From positions 96,001 through 160,000 of the forward strand of contig CAVYXA010000001.1 of assembly GCA_963772365.1 (NCBI GenBank): DNA of 64,000 nt, read 5' to 3'. Position numbers and translations under genes: made by a program. The notes beneath the pieces were generated by a model. It was given only the letters and a program-made list of their open reading frames with translations. It was not told the DNA's origin and searched no databases. The stretch comes from an uncultured Verrucomicrobiae bacterium. GTDB lineage: Bacteria > Verrucomicrobiota > Verrucomicrobiia > Chthoniobacterales > UBA10450. Positions 1-10,002 of this stretch are shown piece by piece. Each line of letters opens with the position of its first letter. The first letter of the stretch is position 1.

Positions 1-202
1 CGAAGAAGTGATTATCGCCAACCGCGACAAGCCACTTGTTCGGCTGGAAGCCGTAGCAGGTGGATCAAGCTCCCGCCGCATCGGCGGTCTTAAGCGCTGG
101 GCGAAGCGACGCCCGCTGGAGTTGAATGATCCTAAAGCAAACCGGAGGATCGAGCGCGACTTTGCCCGAACTGACCGGCGCGATCCGCTGTTGTGGAAGT
201 AA
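1..202 (+). CDS. Phd/YefM-type antitoxin, 5'-truncated by the window edge
   Basis: Reading frame EEVIIANRDKPLVRL resembles the Phd/YefM core; lies directly upstream of a PIN toxin. Confidence 0.7.
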   Translation, partial: EEVIIANRDKPLVRLEAVAGGSSSRRIGGLKRWAKRRPLELNDPKANRRIERDFARTDRRDPLLWK

Positions 203-208
203 GAGCAA

Positions 209-598
209 ATGCTGCTCGATACCCACGCGCTCTTGTGGATGGTGCTGGATGACCCGCGGTTGTCCCGCCGCGCTCGCTCTGAAATCGAGAAAGCTGAGGG
301 CCTTGCTTATTCAATTGCGAGTTTCTGGGAAATTGCGCTCAAGTTGAGCATTCCGAGATATCAAAAGAAGCTGGCCTTGCCCGAAGCATGGCATCAAGAC
401 TTGTTAGGGGAGATGCGCGCGATTGGCGCCGAGCGGCTCGAAATTCAACCGCAACACTGTCGCCATTTGCAGGACCTGCCCTGGCATCATAAGGATCCAT
501 TCGATCGCATGTTGATCGCCCAGGCACAGGTCGAGCGATTGCCGATCCTAAGTGCCGATCGACGTTTCAAAAAGTATGGAATCAAAATAGTCTGGTAA
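209..598 (+). CDS. PIN-domain (VapC-type) toxin
   Basis: LLDTHALLW, SIASFWEIALK, HKDPFDRMLIAQA and LSADRRF motifs. Confidence 0.92.
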   Translation: MLLDTHALLWMVLDDPRLSRRARSEIEKAEGLAYSIASFWEIALKLSIPRYQKKLALPEAWHQDLLGEMRAIGAERLEIQPQHCRHLQDLPWHHKDPFDRMLIAQAQVERLPILSADRRFKKYGIKIVW

Positions 599-696
599 GA
601 TGCGTCAACTGCGCACCGACCCTCGCCGAGGGCTCCTGGCTTTCTTCATCGACACGCAGCGAGGCGCGATCGGGATTGTAATGCGCATGAAATTAT

Positions 697-725
697 GCAA
701 CCGCCGCGCCGGCATCGGCGGTTGC
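697..725. other. GC-rich hairpin in the convergent gap between the PIN toxin and ORF6N
   Basis: 10-bp perfect stem GCAACCGCCG (697-706) / CGGCGGTTGC (716-725), 9-nt loop. Confidence 0.6.
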
Positions 726-781
726 TGCTCAAGGCCGCCTTGCGTTTGAACGGGGGCATCGCTCATGCTCGATGTGCGCTT

Positions 782-1285
782 TTAGGAATGAAAACCGATT
801 CGGCGCTCCGGCTTTTCCGGCGGCGGCAGCAAGAGCGGACGCAGTTTTTGATACAAATCGCGCAGCGCGGCGTCGTGCGTGAGCAAAGTTTTATCAATTT
901 CATTCAAGCGCCCTTCCAAAGTCGCGTCGGCCAGCAACTCGCGTCGCATTTTAACAAAGGCGCGCACGACATAAACGCTCATGGCAATGGCCTGCGGGCT
1001 GTTCAGAAGCGTCGCGGCCATGATCGCCCCATGCTCGGTGAATACCCTCGGCAACTTGCGACGTCCGCCCCGGCCTTTTGATGTTCCAATTTGGAATATC
1101 AAATCGGCAAACTCCTTGCGTGTAAGCATGAACGAAAAGTCGGGAGGAAAGCGGTGCTCGTTTCGATTGATTGCCTTGTTGAAGTTCCCGGTCGTAACCC
1201 CGTAAAGCAGCGCCAGATCGCTATCGAGAACAACTGGCTGGTCGCGAACTGTGAAGATGCGTGGAAGGAGGGGATCAGCTTTCAA
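782..1285 (-). CDS. ORF6N-domain putative DNA-binding protein
   Basis: VVLDSDLALLYGV, NRNEHRFPPDF, GGRRKLPRVFTEHGAIM; TTG start 14 nt after the Cas12-like stop, preceded by AGGAT. Confidence 0.88.
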   Translation of the reverse strand: MKADPLLPRIFTVRDQPVVLDSDLALLYGVTTGNFNKAINRNEHRFPPDFSFMLTRKEFADLIFQIGTSKGRGGRRKLPRVFTEHGAIMAATLLNSPQAIAMSVYVVRAFVKMRRELLADATLEGRLNEIDKTLLTHDAALRDLYQKLRPLLLPPPEKPERRIGFHS

Positions 1286-1299
1286 ATTATCCTATCCGA

Positions 1300-4200
1300 T
1301 CACGACAAAGTGTCGGCTGCTGCCGCTTTATTCATGCGAGCAGCTAATCTCGCTCGATTGATCTGCATGCAACGAGCCCATTGAAGGCTCTTCAATCCAA
1401 GAAAGAGTGCCTTGCTACTGAGCAATTGGATCTGCTCCTCGCCGCGGACGGCATCGGGCACACGCGCGATGTCGTTCTTCGCAAATTCACGCGCGAAGCG
1501 CAGCAGCTTCAGGCTCTTTTCGTCAATGGGCTCTTCAACATTCCAAAGCAAGCGCGCGATACCGGCGAAATCGCGGAAGTAATTCGGCTGCCTTGTCTCG
1601 CGCGAGACGCTGCCGCTTGGGATTTCATCAAAAATTAATTGCGGCGGCTTGTCGCCATACTTGCGCTTCTCACGCGCGCGCAAATCGATCGGCGCGTCTC
1701 CTGCGCCATCAGATGCTTTCGTCTTGCGGCCTTTTCGACCTTTGTAGCGAACTTCTCCGGAAATCCGTTCGGTGCGCAGACGCGGGAAAAATTCCCACAT
1801 CCGTGGGTCGGCGACGGCACGCAAACCGATGTTGATGGCGGCGTTTAAATCCGCATCGACGATCTTCGCAGCGAGACGGTTTTGCTGCGCTGGAACAGCG
1901 GCGATTGGAACAAAGATTTGCCCGCCTTGCTTCGGCAAAAGGAGTGTCAGTTTGGGTGCGGATAAGCCCTCGTGTTTTTTCTGCCACTCCGTTTCGAGAA
2001 GTTGTTGTGCGTTGCGCAAATCGATTGCGAGCTGTCGCATTTGCTGCTGTTCTGTTGTTTCTTCCTCTCCATCTTTGATACGCAACCGAAAACACCACGG
2101 CATGCGCTCTTCGAATCCCGCCGTCACTTCCTCAGCGCGGAACCCAACAATTCCGCTGCGGGAGCAGAACTGCGAAGAATACGCCGCCGGCACATCGAGC
2201 ACGGGAATGCCGAATGGCTCACAGAGCTCGCGTACTTTGTCGCGAATCGCGCGGTGGCACCATTTCATCAGCCGTCCGTTTTCCTGCGGCGATCTGCCTT
2301 GGGTTGCGCGGTAACGCGAGAGGTCTTCAATCGCCACGAAATCCACCGGCTTATCGCGGAATTTCTCGTAGACGCCATGCTGGTCCCGCTCATGCCAAAG
2401 CTGCGCCTTATTCGGCGGCGGCTTCGTCAACCTGACGCCGAGTGCCTGCGCCAGAATCATATGCGCCGATTGATTCACGCGTTGCGTTTTTAACTCGTCG
2501 AGTTTATCCACGAGACCGGGACACGGATCGCTGAAATCGCGGCGAATCCATCTTTTCACCTGCGCCTCGATCCATTCGCCTTTTTCCAATTGCTCGAAGG
2601 CGAAATATCTGCGCTCCGCCTGATTCAAGGACTGAAAGCGGCGGCGGAGCTCCTCAACTTGCTCGATGCGCATGAGCGAAAGGCCGCGCTGGCCAGCAAG
2701 CAATGGTTTGTGTTCTTCGTCTTGAGTCTGTGTCTGTGCCAAGCCGTGCAGTCGTCCTTCCTTTTCGCGGTCTTGCACACGCTCCCAACTCCATCGGCGT
2801 TTTCGCAGCGGCAGAACGCGGTCGGCAATATTCAACAGCAGCGTCGGTAGTTCGGAAATCAAACGCGAGTGCTCGTCACGAAGGGCCATCTGCAATTGCG
2901 TCCAATTCTTTTCGCCTGCTGTGTCACGAATTGTTTTTGGAATCCACTGTTCGCCCGGCGCTTCGCCATTCGGTTTCTGCGCTGGCGCGTTCCCCTTCTC
3001 ATCCTCAAATCCGCACGTTTGCCGCAATTCTTTCAGCATTCCGTCCCGTCGCGCACCGTCATTCATGCCCACGCGCCAGCGCGCTATCCTTGCCAGTCGC
3101 GATTGCGCGCGGCGAGCGACGACAATCAGCTTGTCGTTTTGCTCAGGGAAAGAGAACTCGCGCAAGATCGCGTCGATTTGAGAGCGCCAGTTTTCCGGAG
3201 GCGCTTCATTCGAATGAAGAACAAATTCCCACGCCCATCGATCGCCAAGGAGCGCGCACATCAGGTTCCGGCATTCAGCCGTTTCGCTTTCAGAAGCCGA
3301 ACGCCCGCGGTCGCCATACAGTTCTTCGCGCCAGGCGAACTCACTCTTTTGGTCACGGGTCGAGCTTCGACCGCGCTCTCCACACCATTGTGTCGCTACC
3401 AGGCAACCGAAGTTTTCGCAGCTCGCGCAACGCCACGCGCCATGGTGCTTCCTCACCCGTGGTAATCGCGCGCGAAACGATCGTGTGGTTACTGTTGCCG
3501 CTTTCAAACACACCATCCAGCCTTGCCTCCTGCATCGCCCACGAGTCAGCGTGGAGACCAAAATCCACGCTACCGAAGGTGAAACGCTGCACGAGTTGCT
3601 CTAGTGCGGGCGGCGGATCTTTCGGTTGCTCGAACGAGTGCAAGAGGTAGAAGAAACGTTGTTCGGAGCCTTTTCCGAAACTACGGAACTGTTTGCTCCA
3701 GACGTGCGCCTTACCGATCTGCGCGATTAATTTCTCCGGCTGAATTTCAACAGGAAATGTGAGCTGCGCGCCGTAGCGCTCAATGCCGTCTTTATCTTCG
3801 CGCGCTCTGGGTTGAAGTGTGATCCGGCAATTGCCGAAGTCCTGGAGTGGCGGCTCGTGTAGCTTGAGCGCGTCGATCATGGGCGGCAACCACGGTGCAG
3901 CATCGAGACTCTCTTCGCCATCGCGCCGGACCTGATCACGACGCAAACGTGGCGCCGAATAGCTGATGCGCGTCATGACAGGTTTCCATTTTGCTCCATC
4001 GCGAACCGCAACGCCGGCGGTGAAGGAAAGCGCCCCGGGCTTGTCAGCCGCGCCACGCGCATTCGCACTGAGACTGCGCTCGTGTGTCGATCCCCACTTT
4101 CCGCCCGCGGCAGATTTTTTTGGAAAGATAAAATAGCGCGGCGACTTCGTTGGATGCGCGGGCGTGAAATGAATCGGCCGCTCTTTGTCGCGCAGTTCGC

Positions 4201-5968
4201 GACGGGTCTCAGTGTATTGCGCCCACGCTTCAACTGGATCACCCGCGTGAAACTCCTTACTGCCTTTCTCTTTCCAAATGCCGTGATTCGCGGGTTTCGT
4301 CAGCTCCTCGTAGAAATGCGCACTCCCGAAATCCAGCCGGTGCTCGCCCTGCTCTTTCTTTACGATTTCCCATAAGTCATCTTCCGTCGGCTCACTTTTT
4401 GCCGCGAGATCGCGCCAGGCATCGCGCACTGCATGCCATCCGCGCAGCGTCCGTTCGCGCAGTGTGTATTCGCGCAAATGATCAGGAAGCTGAACGTCCG
4501 CGCGCGCAATCGCCTCAGTAATGAACGGTCGCGCAAGCCAATCATCATCCGGCGAATCAACCTCACCCAAGTGGCCGAGATCGCTGAACAACACCGAGAC
4601 CAGTCGATCGATCCGCGCATCGTCGCGGAATCCCGGGAGACTCGGCTTCGCGGCCATTCCTTCCTCGGCGCTGCCGGCACGGCCTTCGCTTTCCATTGCC
4701 TGCAAATCTTCGCGCAGTGCGGCTGCCTCAGCCTCGCGCCTAATCGTGTCCTGGTAGTAGCGATGCGGCGAAGTAATCGCTGCGACAAATGCTGCATGGT
4801 CAAACTCCTTCCATGGCGCTTGTTGTGCCTCGTCATCGTTCTCGAATACAAGACGTGTGAAATATGGAAAGTGAGGTGTGTCGTCGACGCGCGATGCGGC
4901 AATGCTGTCCTCGACTGGTTGCTTGTCTTTCGCGTCACATAATGCAGCGCTGGCTGCACGAAAAGCCGCTAACGTCTCGGCGCAAGGAATGTGTCGAAAC
5001 AACGCTGCCGCTGGATAGACGCCACTCGGCCGACGTCCAGGCGCCGGGATGCACAAGGCATCGCTGGGTTGAGTGATCGAATCGTGAGAGCGACTTTTTC
5101 GATCAGGCCCGTGAGCAATCATCTCCAATTGCGCGGAAGCGCCCATGAGCGAAGGGAATTGCTTGCTGACCTCATCCCAATATTTGCGCAGTAACTTGGC
5201 TGCCTTAGTGCCGGTGAGTTTTTCTTTAGGCGGAGTTGTTAGAAACAAGCCGAGGTCGATCTCGGCGGCGCGGGATATTGCTTCATCGTCTGGCATCGAC
5301 CGAAACTCCCGCACGAGACGTTGACGCTTTATTTCTTGAAGCGACGCCATGTCTTTTGGCGTTTTGTCGTGCCTGCCTTTCGGATTGCAGAAAAATCCCA
5401 GTCGATCATTTGCGAGCCAACTGAGATCGCTCTTGTCTGCTTCCTCCAAGAGTTGAAGCAGTGCCGCCGCTCGTTGCGTATCGCTCGCGCGGCTTGACGC
5501 GAGAACTGTAGATATGCAGCGCGCGAACGCGTCCTTTGACTTTTGCGTCGGATCTATCACTACTCCGACTGCGGGCGCAAGCGTCTTGCACCAACCTTCG
5601 AATGATTTCCCTCGACGTTCTGCGGTGACCGCTGTGTTGCTGACTGCATCGCGCCAGGATTTGATCGCTCGGATCATTGCTCGTGCGGTTTGAGCTGCTT
5701 CGGCGATTGCTTTAACGCGCGCTGCCTCTGTTTTGTGCTTGGGATTTCTTCGCGCGGAATCCGCCGCCACTTTCAGCGCGATTGCTTCAAACGCCGCATC
5801 ATCCATTCCACGAGACAACGCCGAGAGCGCAAGCGTGTAATAATTCACTGCGTCCTGAAACAGCTCGTGATGATGCCAAAGGACTTCCAGCGGCAGTTCG
5901 CCAGTGACGTTCCCTTTGCGATCAACGGTTTCGACTTTCGCAACGCGCCCTTGGTAAATGCGGTTCAT
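1300..5968 (-). CDS. cas12b: Type V CRISPR effector, Cas12b (C2c1)-like, ~1,550 aa; split by one frameshift at ~3355
   Basis: N-terminus MNRIYQGRV..EVLWHHHELFQDAVNYYTLAL, YSAPRLRRD, RuvC-I FGSVDFG (Asp 3563-3565), LAGQRGLSLMRIEQVEELRRRFQSLN, RuvC-II FVAIEDLSRY (Glu 2326-2328), VPAAYSS, RuvC-III DADLNAAINI (Asp 1849-1851). Closely resembles, from memory, the Opitutaceae TAV5 C2c1. ORFs 3353-5968 and 1300-3561 are collinear halves. Confidence 0.88.
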
Positions 5969-6037
5969 TCTTTAGAGAAGCTACTCGTTGATGCCGGTTA
6001 GCAGTCAGCGGAAACAGTAATGTTTGTTTACCAAAGG

Positions 6038-6062
6038 AGCGGAGATTTGTCTCCGCTTTTTT
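6038..6062 (+). terminator. Intrinsic terminator-like hairpin between the divergent cas12b-like and ku genes
   Basis: AGCGGAGA-TTTG-TCTCCGCT followed by a T-run (6057-6062). Confidence 0.6.
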
Positions 6063-6182
6063 GTTGGGCGCGCAAACTAATGAGTCTCGGTAGAAGTTCG
6101 CGATGACGTGGCCGCGCACGCGGAGGGCGCCCACGTTAGCCTCACACGCAACTTGTGTCTCTCGTGCGAAACTAGTTTGGAT

Positions 6183-7052
6183 ATGGCACGGGCAATTTGG
6201 AAAGGCGGAATCAGTTTTGGGCTGGTTAATATTCCAATCGCGCTTTATCCGGCGACACGGCGCGAAGAGCTGAAGTTTCGGTTGCTTCGTAAGAGCGATT
6301 TGAGTCCGGTGAATTACAAACGGGTGGCGGAAAAGGACGGCAAGGAAGTTCCCTGGAACGAGATCGTCAAAGGTTACGAGTACCAGACGGGAAAATATGT
6401 TGTCCTGAAGGAGGAAGATTTTGAGCGGGTCGATATCGAGGCGACCCAGACGGTGGATATTCAGGATTTTGTCGATCTTGACGACATCGATCCGATGTAT
6501 TTTTACAAACCGTACTATCTGGAGCCGCAAAAGGGCGGCGATAAAGCTTACGCGCTGTTGCGCGATTCGCTGGAGGAAAGCAAAAAGGTCGGGATCGCCA
6601 AGGTGGTGATCAAGACCCGGCAATATCTGGCCGGCGTAAAACCGGAGGATGGCGCGCTCGTTTTGGAGCTGATGCATTTCGCCGATGAACTTCGGGACAC
6701 GAGCACGCTCCACATTCCAAAAAAGACCGAAGTGGGTAAGCGCGAAATGAATATGGCCAAATCGCTCATCGATAACATGAGTGCGAAATGGGACCCGGAA
6801 AAATATAAAGACGAATATAAGGAAGCGCTGATGGAAGTGATTGAGGAAAAAGTTGAAGCTGGCGGGAAAGAGATCGAAGAAAAACCGAAGAAAGCGCCGA
6901 AGCCGACCAAGGTGATCGATCTGGTGTCGGTCCTACAAAAGAGCGTTGAAGAAAGCGGCGGTGCGAGCCGCACGGGCACAGCGAGCCGCACTGGCAGAAA
7001 GAAGGCAACAAAATCTCGAAAACACCCGCAGCGTCACAAAAAGGCGGCGTGA
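6183..7052 (+). CDS. ku: Ku protein (NHEJ DNA end-binding)
   Basis: MARAIWKGGISFGLVNIPI, IVKGYEY, IDPMYFYKPYYL; basic C-terminal tail. Confidence 0.96.
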   Translation: MARAIWKGGISFGLVNIPIALYPATRREELKFRLLRKSDLSPVNYKRVAEKDGKEVPWNEIVKGYEYQTGKYVVLKEEDFERVDIEATQTVDIQDFVDLDDIDPMYFYKPYYLEPQKGGDKAYALLRDSLEESKKVGIAKVVIKTRQYLAGVKPEDGALVLELMHFADELRDTSTLHIPKKTEVGKREMNMAKSLIDNMSAKWDPEKYKDEYKEALMEVIEEKVEAGGKEIEEKPKKAPKPTKVIDLVSVLQKSVEESGGASRTGTASRTGRKKATKSRKHPQRHKKAA

Positions 7053-7118
7053 TCGGCCCGGGCGGCAGAGCCTTCCGCCCGACCAAGCTAGGTGCGGGAA
7101 CCGTAGCAGGAGTGGGGA

Positions 7119-8408
7119 ATGAAAACAGTCGAGCAGGAAGAAGAGGAGGAAAACAAAGAAGAGCTCGACGATGTCGATCTTTATTCGCCCGAGGGCGAGA
7201 AGCTGGCGCCGGAAGGAAAAACAAAACGCAAGAAGCCGTTTTTTAAACGCAAGCCGGTGATCATCACCGCGGCGGCGCTTTTGATCGCGGCGATAATCTG
7301 GATCGCGTGGATCGTGCTCAATTCGTTAACGCACGAAAGCACCGACGACGCTTTCATCGACGCGCACATCGTTTCGGTCGCGCCGAAGATCGCCGGGCGC
7401 GTGGCCAGGGTGCTGGTGAGAGATAATCAGCAGGTTAAGAGAGGCGATCTCCTGGTCGAAATTGATCCGCGCGATGCGGAAGCTGCATTGGCACAGAAAA
7501 AAGCCGCAGTGGAAATGTCGCGGGCGAAGGAACGGACTGCGCAGCTTTCAGCCGAACAAGCCGAGGCCCACGTGCGGACATTGAAAGCGATCTACGCGTC
7601 AGCCGCTGCGAGTGCCGAGGCCACGGCGGCGGATGCAAAAAAGCAAGAATCGGATTTGCAACGGAACCAGGAATTGGTCGCGAAGGGCGCAATTTCCGCG
7701 CAGGACTACGAACATTCGCGAACCGATACCACGGCGGCCGAAGCAAACCTCGCTTCGAAAAAGAAACAGTTGAATGCGGCAGCCGCATATCAGGAGGAAG
7801 CACAGAAACAGGCGGATTCCTCGGCTGCGCAATACCAGGCTGCTGCGGCCGAAGTGAAACAGTCAGAGGCGGCGTTACAACAACAGCAGCTTCAGGTCTC
7901 GTACGCGAACATTACCGCGCCGGAAGCAGGTCGCATCACGAACAAGTCGGTTGCGCCGGGCGATTATGTTCAGGCCGGTCAACTCCTGCTCGCCCTTGTG
8001 CCGGAGAATCTCTGGGTCACGGCGAATTTTAAAGAAACCCAGTTGACGAATATGCGAGCCGGGCAACCGGCTACGATCGAGGTGGACGCGTATCCGGATC
8101 ACGGTCTGGCCGGTCATGTGGACAGCATTCAGGCGGGAAGCGGCGCGCGGTTCAGTTTGTTGCCGCCGGAGAACGCGACCGGCAACTACGTCAAAGTAGT
8201 GCAGCGGGTACCGGTGAAAATTGTTTTCGACCATCAAACGAATGTGCAGCGCGTGCTGGGCCCGGGCATGTCGGTCGTGCCGACGGTCAAAGTGAAATCG
8301 ATTCTTTCCGTGATCGTGCCGGTAGTGCTCGGAACAGTGATTGCGATTGTTCTGGTGGGTTTGGGGACATTGCTATGGCTGGCCAAAACGCAGAGGGAAC
8401 TGGAGTAA
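7119..8408 (+). CDS. EmrA/HlyD-family membrane fusion protein
   Basis: STDDAFI, WVTANFKETQL, GSGARFSLLPPENATGNYVKVVQRVPVKI. Confidence 0.93.
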   Translation: MKTVEQEEEEENKEELDDVDLYSPEGEKLAPEGKTKRKKPFFKRKPVIITAAALLIAAIIWIAWIVLNSLTHESTDDAFIDAHIVSVAPKIAGRVARVLVRDNQQVKRGDLLVEIDPRDAEAALAQKKAAVEMSRAKERTAQLSAEQAEAHVRTLKAIYASAAASAEATAADAKKQESDLQRNQELVAKGAISAQDYEHSRTDTTAAEANLASKKKQLNAAAAYQEEAQKQADSSAAQYQAAAAEVKQSEAALQQQQLQVSYANITAPEAGRITNKSVAPGDYVQAGQLLLALVPENLWVTANFKETQLTNMRAGQPATIEVDAYPDHGLAGHVDSIQAGSGARFSLLPPENATGNYVKVVQRVPVKIVFDHQTNVQRVLGPGMSVVPTVKVKSILSVIVPVVLGTVIAIVLVGLGTLLWLAKTQRELE

Positions 8409-9960
8409 GCGGACAGTGGCGACCAAGTCACAATCCATGGGCCATCGCGATGGCCGTGATGCTCGCTACGTTCATGGAAGTGCTCGACACATCCGTGGCA
8501 AACGTGTCGCTCCAGCACATCGCTGGAACTCTCTCGGCGACTACAGACGAAGCGACGTGGGTCCTCACCAGTTACTTGATGGCTAACGCCATTATTCTAC
8601 CGGCTACAAACTGGTTGGGTCAGCTGTTTGGACGAAAATGTTTTCTGCTCACTTGCATCATTCTTTTTTCGGTCGCGTCAGCGCTCTGCGGAATGGCGAC
8701 GAGTCTCGGTTTTCTAATCGTTGCGCGAGTTTTGCAAGGAGCCAGCGGCGGCGCGTTGCAGCCGATCTCGCAGGCGATTTTGCTGGAGAGTTTTCCTCCG
8801 CAAAAGCGCGGCATGGCAATGGGAGTATTTGCCATGGGCGTCGTGGTCGCGCCGATTCTCGGGCCGACGCTTGGCGGTTGGATCACGCAGAACTATTCCT
8901 GGCGCTGGATTTTTTACATTAATCTCCCGATTGGTTTGTTGGCCGTGATCCTGGGTCATGCATTGATCGAAGATCCGCCCTACTTGAAACGAATCTCGGC
9001 CGCGAATATCGATTACATAGGATTGGGTCTGCTCAGCGTCTGGCTGGCGACGCTGCAATATATCCTCGACAAAGGACAGGAGCTCGACTGGTTCAGCTCA
9101 CACACCATCCTCTGGTGCGCGATGATTTCGGCAGCCGCGTTCCTCTGGTTCGTAGTTCACGAATTGACTACGCCGCATCCGATTGTCGATCTTCGCGTCC
9201 TGAAAAATCGCAACTTCGCCATCGGTGCTTCGATGATTCTGTTACTGGGCGCGTTACTTTATGGAACGATCGCCGTGCTCCCGCTGTTTATGCAAAATCT
9301 TCTCGGTTACACCGCGCTCGATGCGGGGATTGCCATGAGCCCGCGCGGTGTTGGCGCGTTTCTCACCACCGTGATTGTCGGCCGACTCGTTGGGAAAATC
9401 AGCAACCGGATTTTGATCGGCGCCGGTTTTCTGCTGCTGGCGTATTCCTCCCTCATGCTTGGTGCCATTAATCTTCAGATCAGTATGTGGAGCATCATCA
9501 CGCCGATTGTTATCAGCGGGGCGGCGATCGCCATGGTTTTTATTCCGCTGACGACGGTAACGATGGGCACCTTACCTCAGGAGCAAATAGGCAATGCGAG
9601 CGGCATCTTTAATTTAATGCGCAACGTGGGAGGCAGCATCGGGATCGCGACGATCACCACAATTGTTGCCCGTGGAACCCAAACAACGCAGGCCCTGCTT
9701 TCAGTGCACACGTCGAAATTCAATGCTGTTTTTCAACATCAACTCGCTGCGATTCAGACCAGTCTCGCCCACAAGCTCGGCGATTGGCAGGCGATGAAAG
9801 TTGCGCCTCACGTTCTGTTTAATTTACTGCACCAGCAATCGGCTCTCGTCAGTTACGTGAATAACTTTCGATTGCTCGCAATGGTCTGCTTTGTCAGTGC
9901 CCGCTCGTTCTGTTATTGAAGCGTGTCCGTCAGCAGGGAGCGCCCATAGCTGCTCATTGA
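8375..9960 (+). CDS. EmrB/QacA DHA2 MFS efflux transporter; frameshift at ~9900 near the C-terminus
   Basis: FMEVLDTSVANV, TWVLTSYL, GPTLGGWIT, WRWIFYINLP; the expected tail PLVLLLKRVRQQGAPIAAH* continues in another frame to TGA 9958-9960. Confidence 0.9.
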
Positions 9961-10002
9961 TTTGCTTGACAGGCGGCGGCAAGGGAAGCCAGCCTCAGCG
10001 CC

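Noticed and set aside
1300..3561. Independent TnpB/IS605 transposon protein starting at 3561
   Set aside because: Its first ~68 codons are out-of-frame overlap, RuvC-I lies in the upstream ORF, and there is no TnpA or IS end; it is the C-terminal half of the Cas12-like protein
2703..3650. 315-aa plus-strand ORF and similar long antisense ORFs (e.g. 5922-6713, 14827-15561, 54291-55118)
   Set aside because: Shadow ORFs opposite well-supported genes in GC-rich DNA, with no recognisable motifs
6963..6998. 18-bp tandem duplication in ku
   Set aside because: Encodes ASRTGT/ASRTGR in the variable basic tail; ordinary low-complexity expansion
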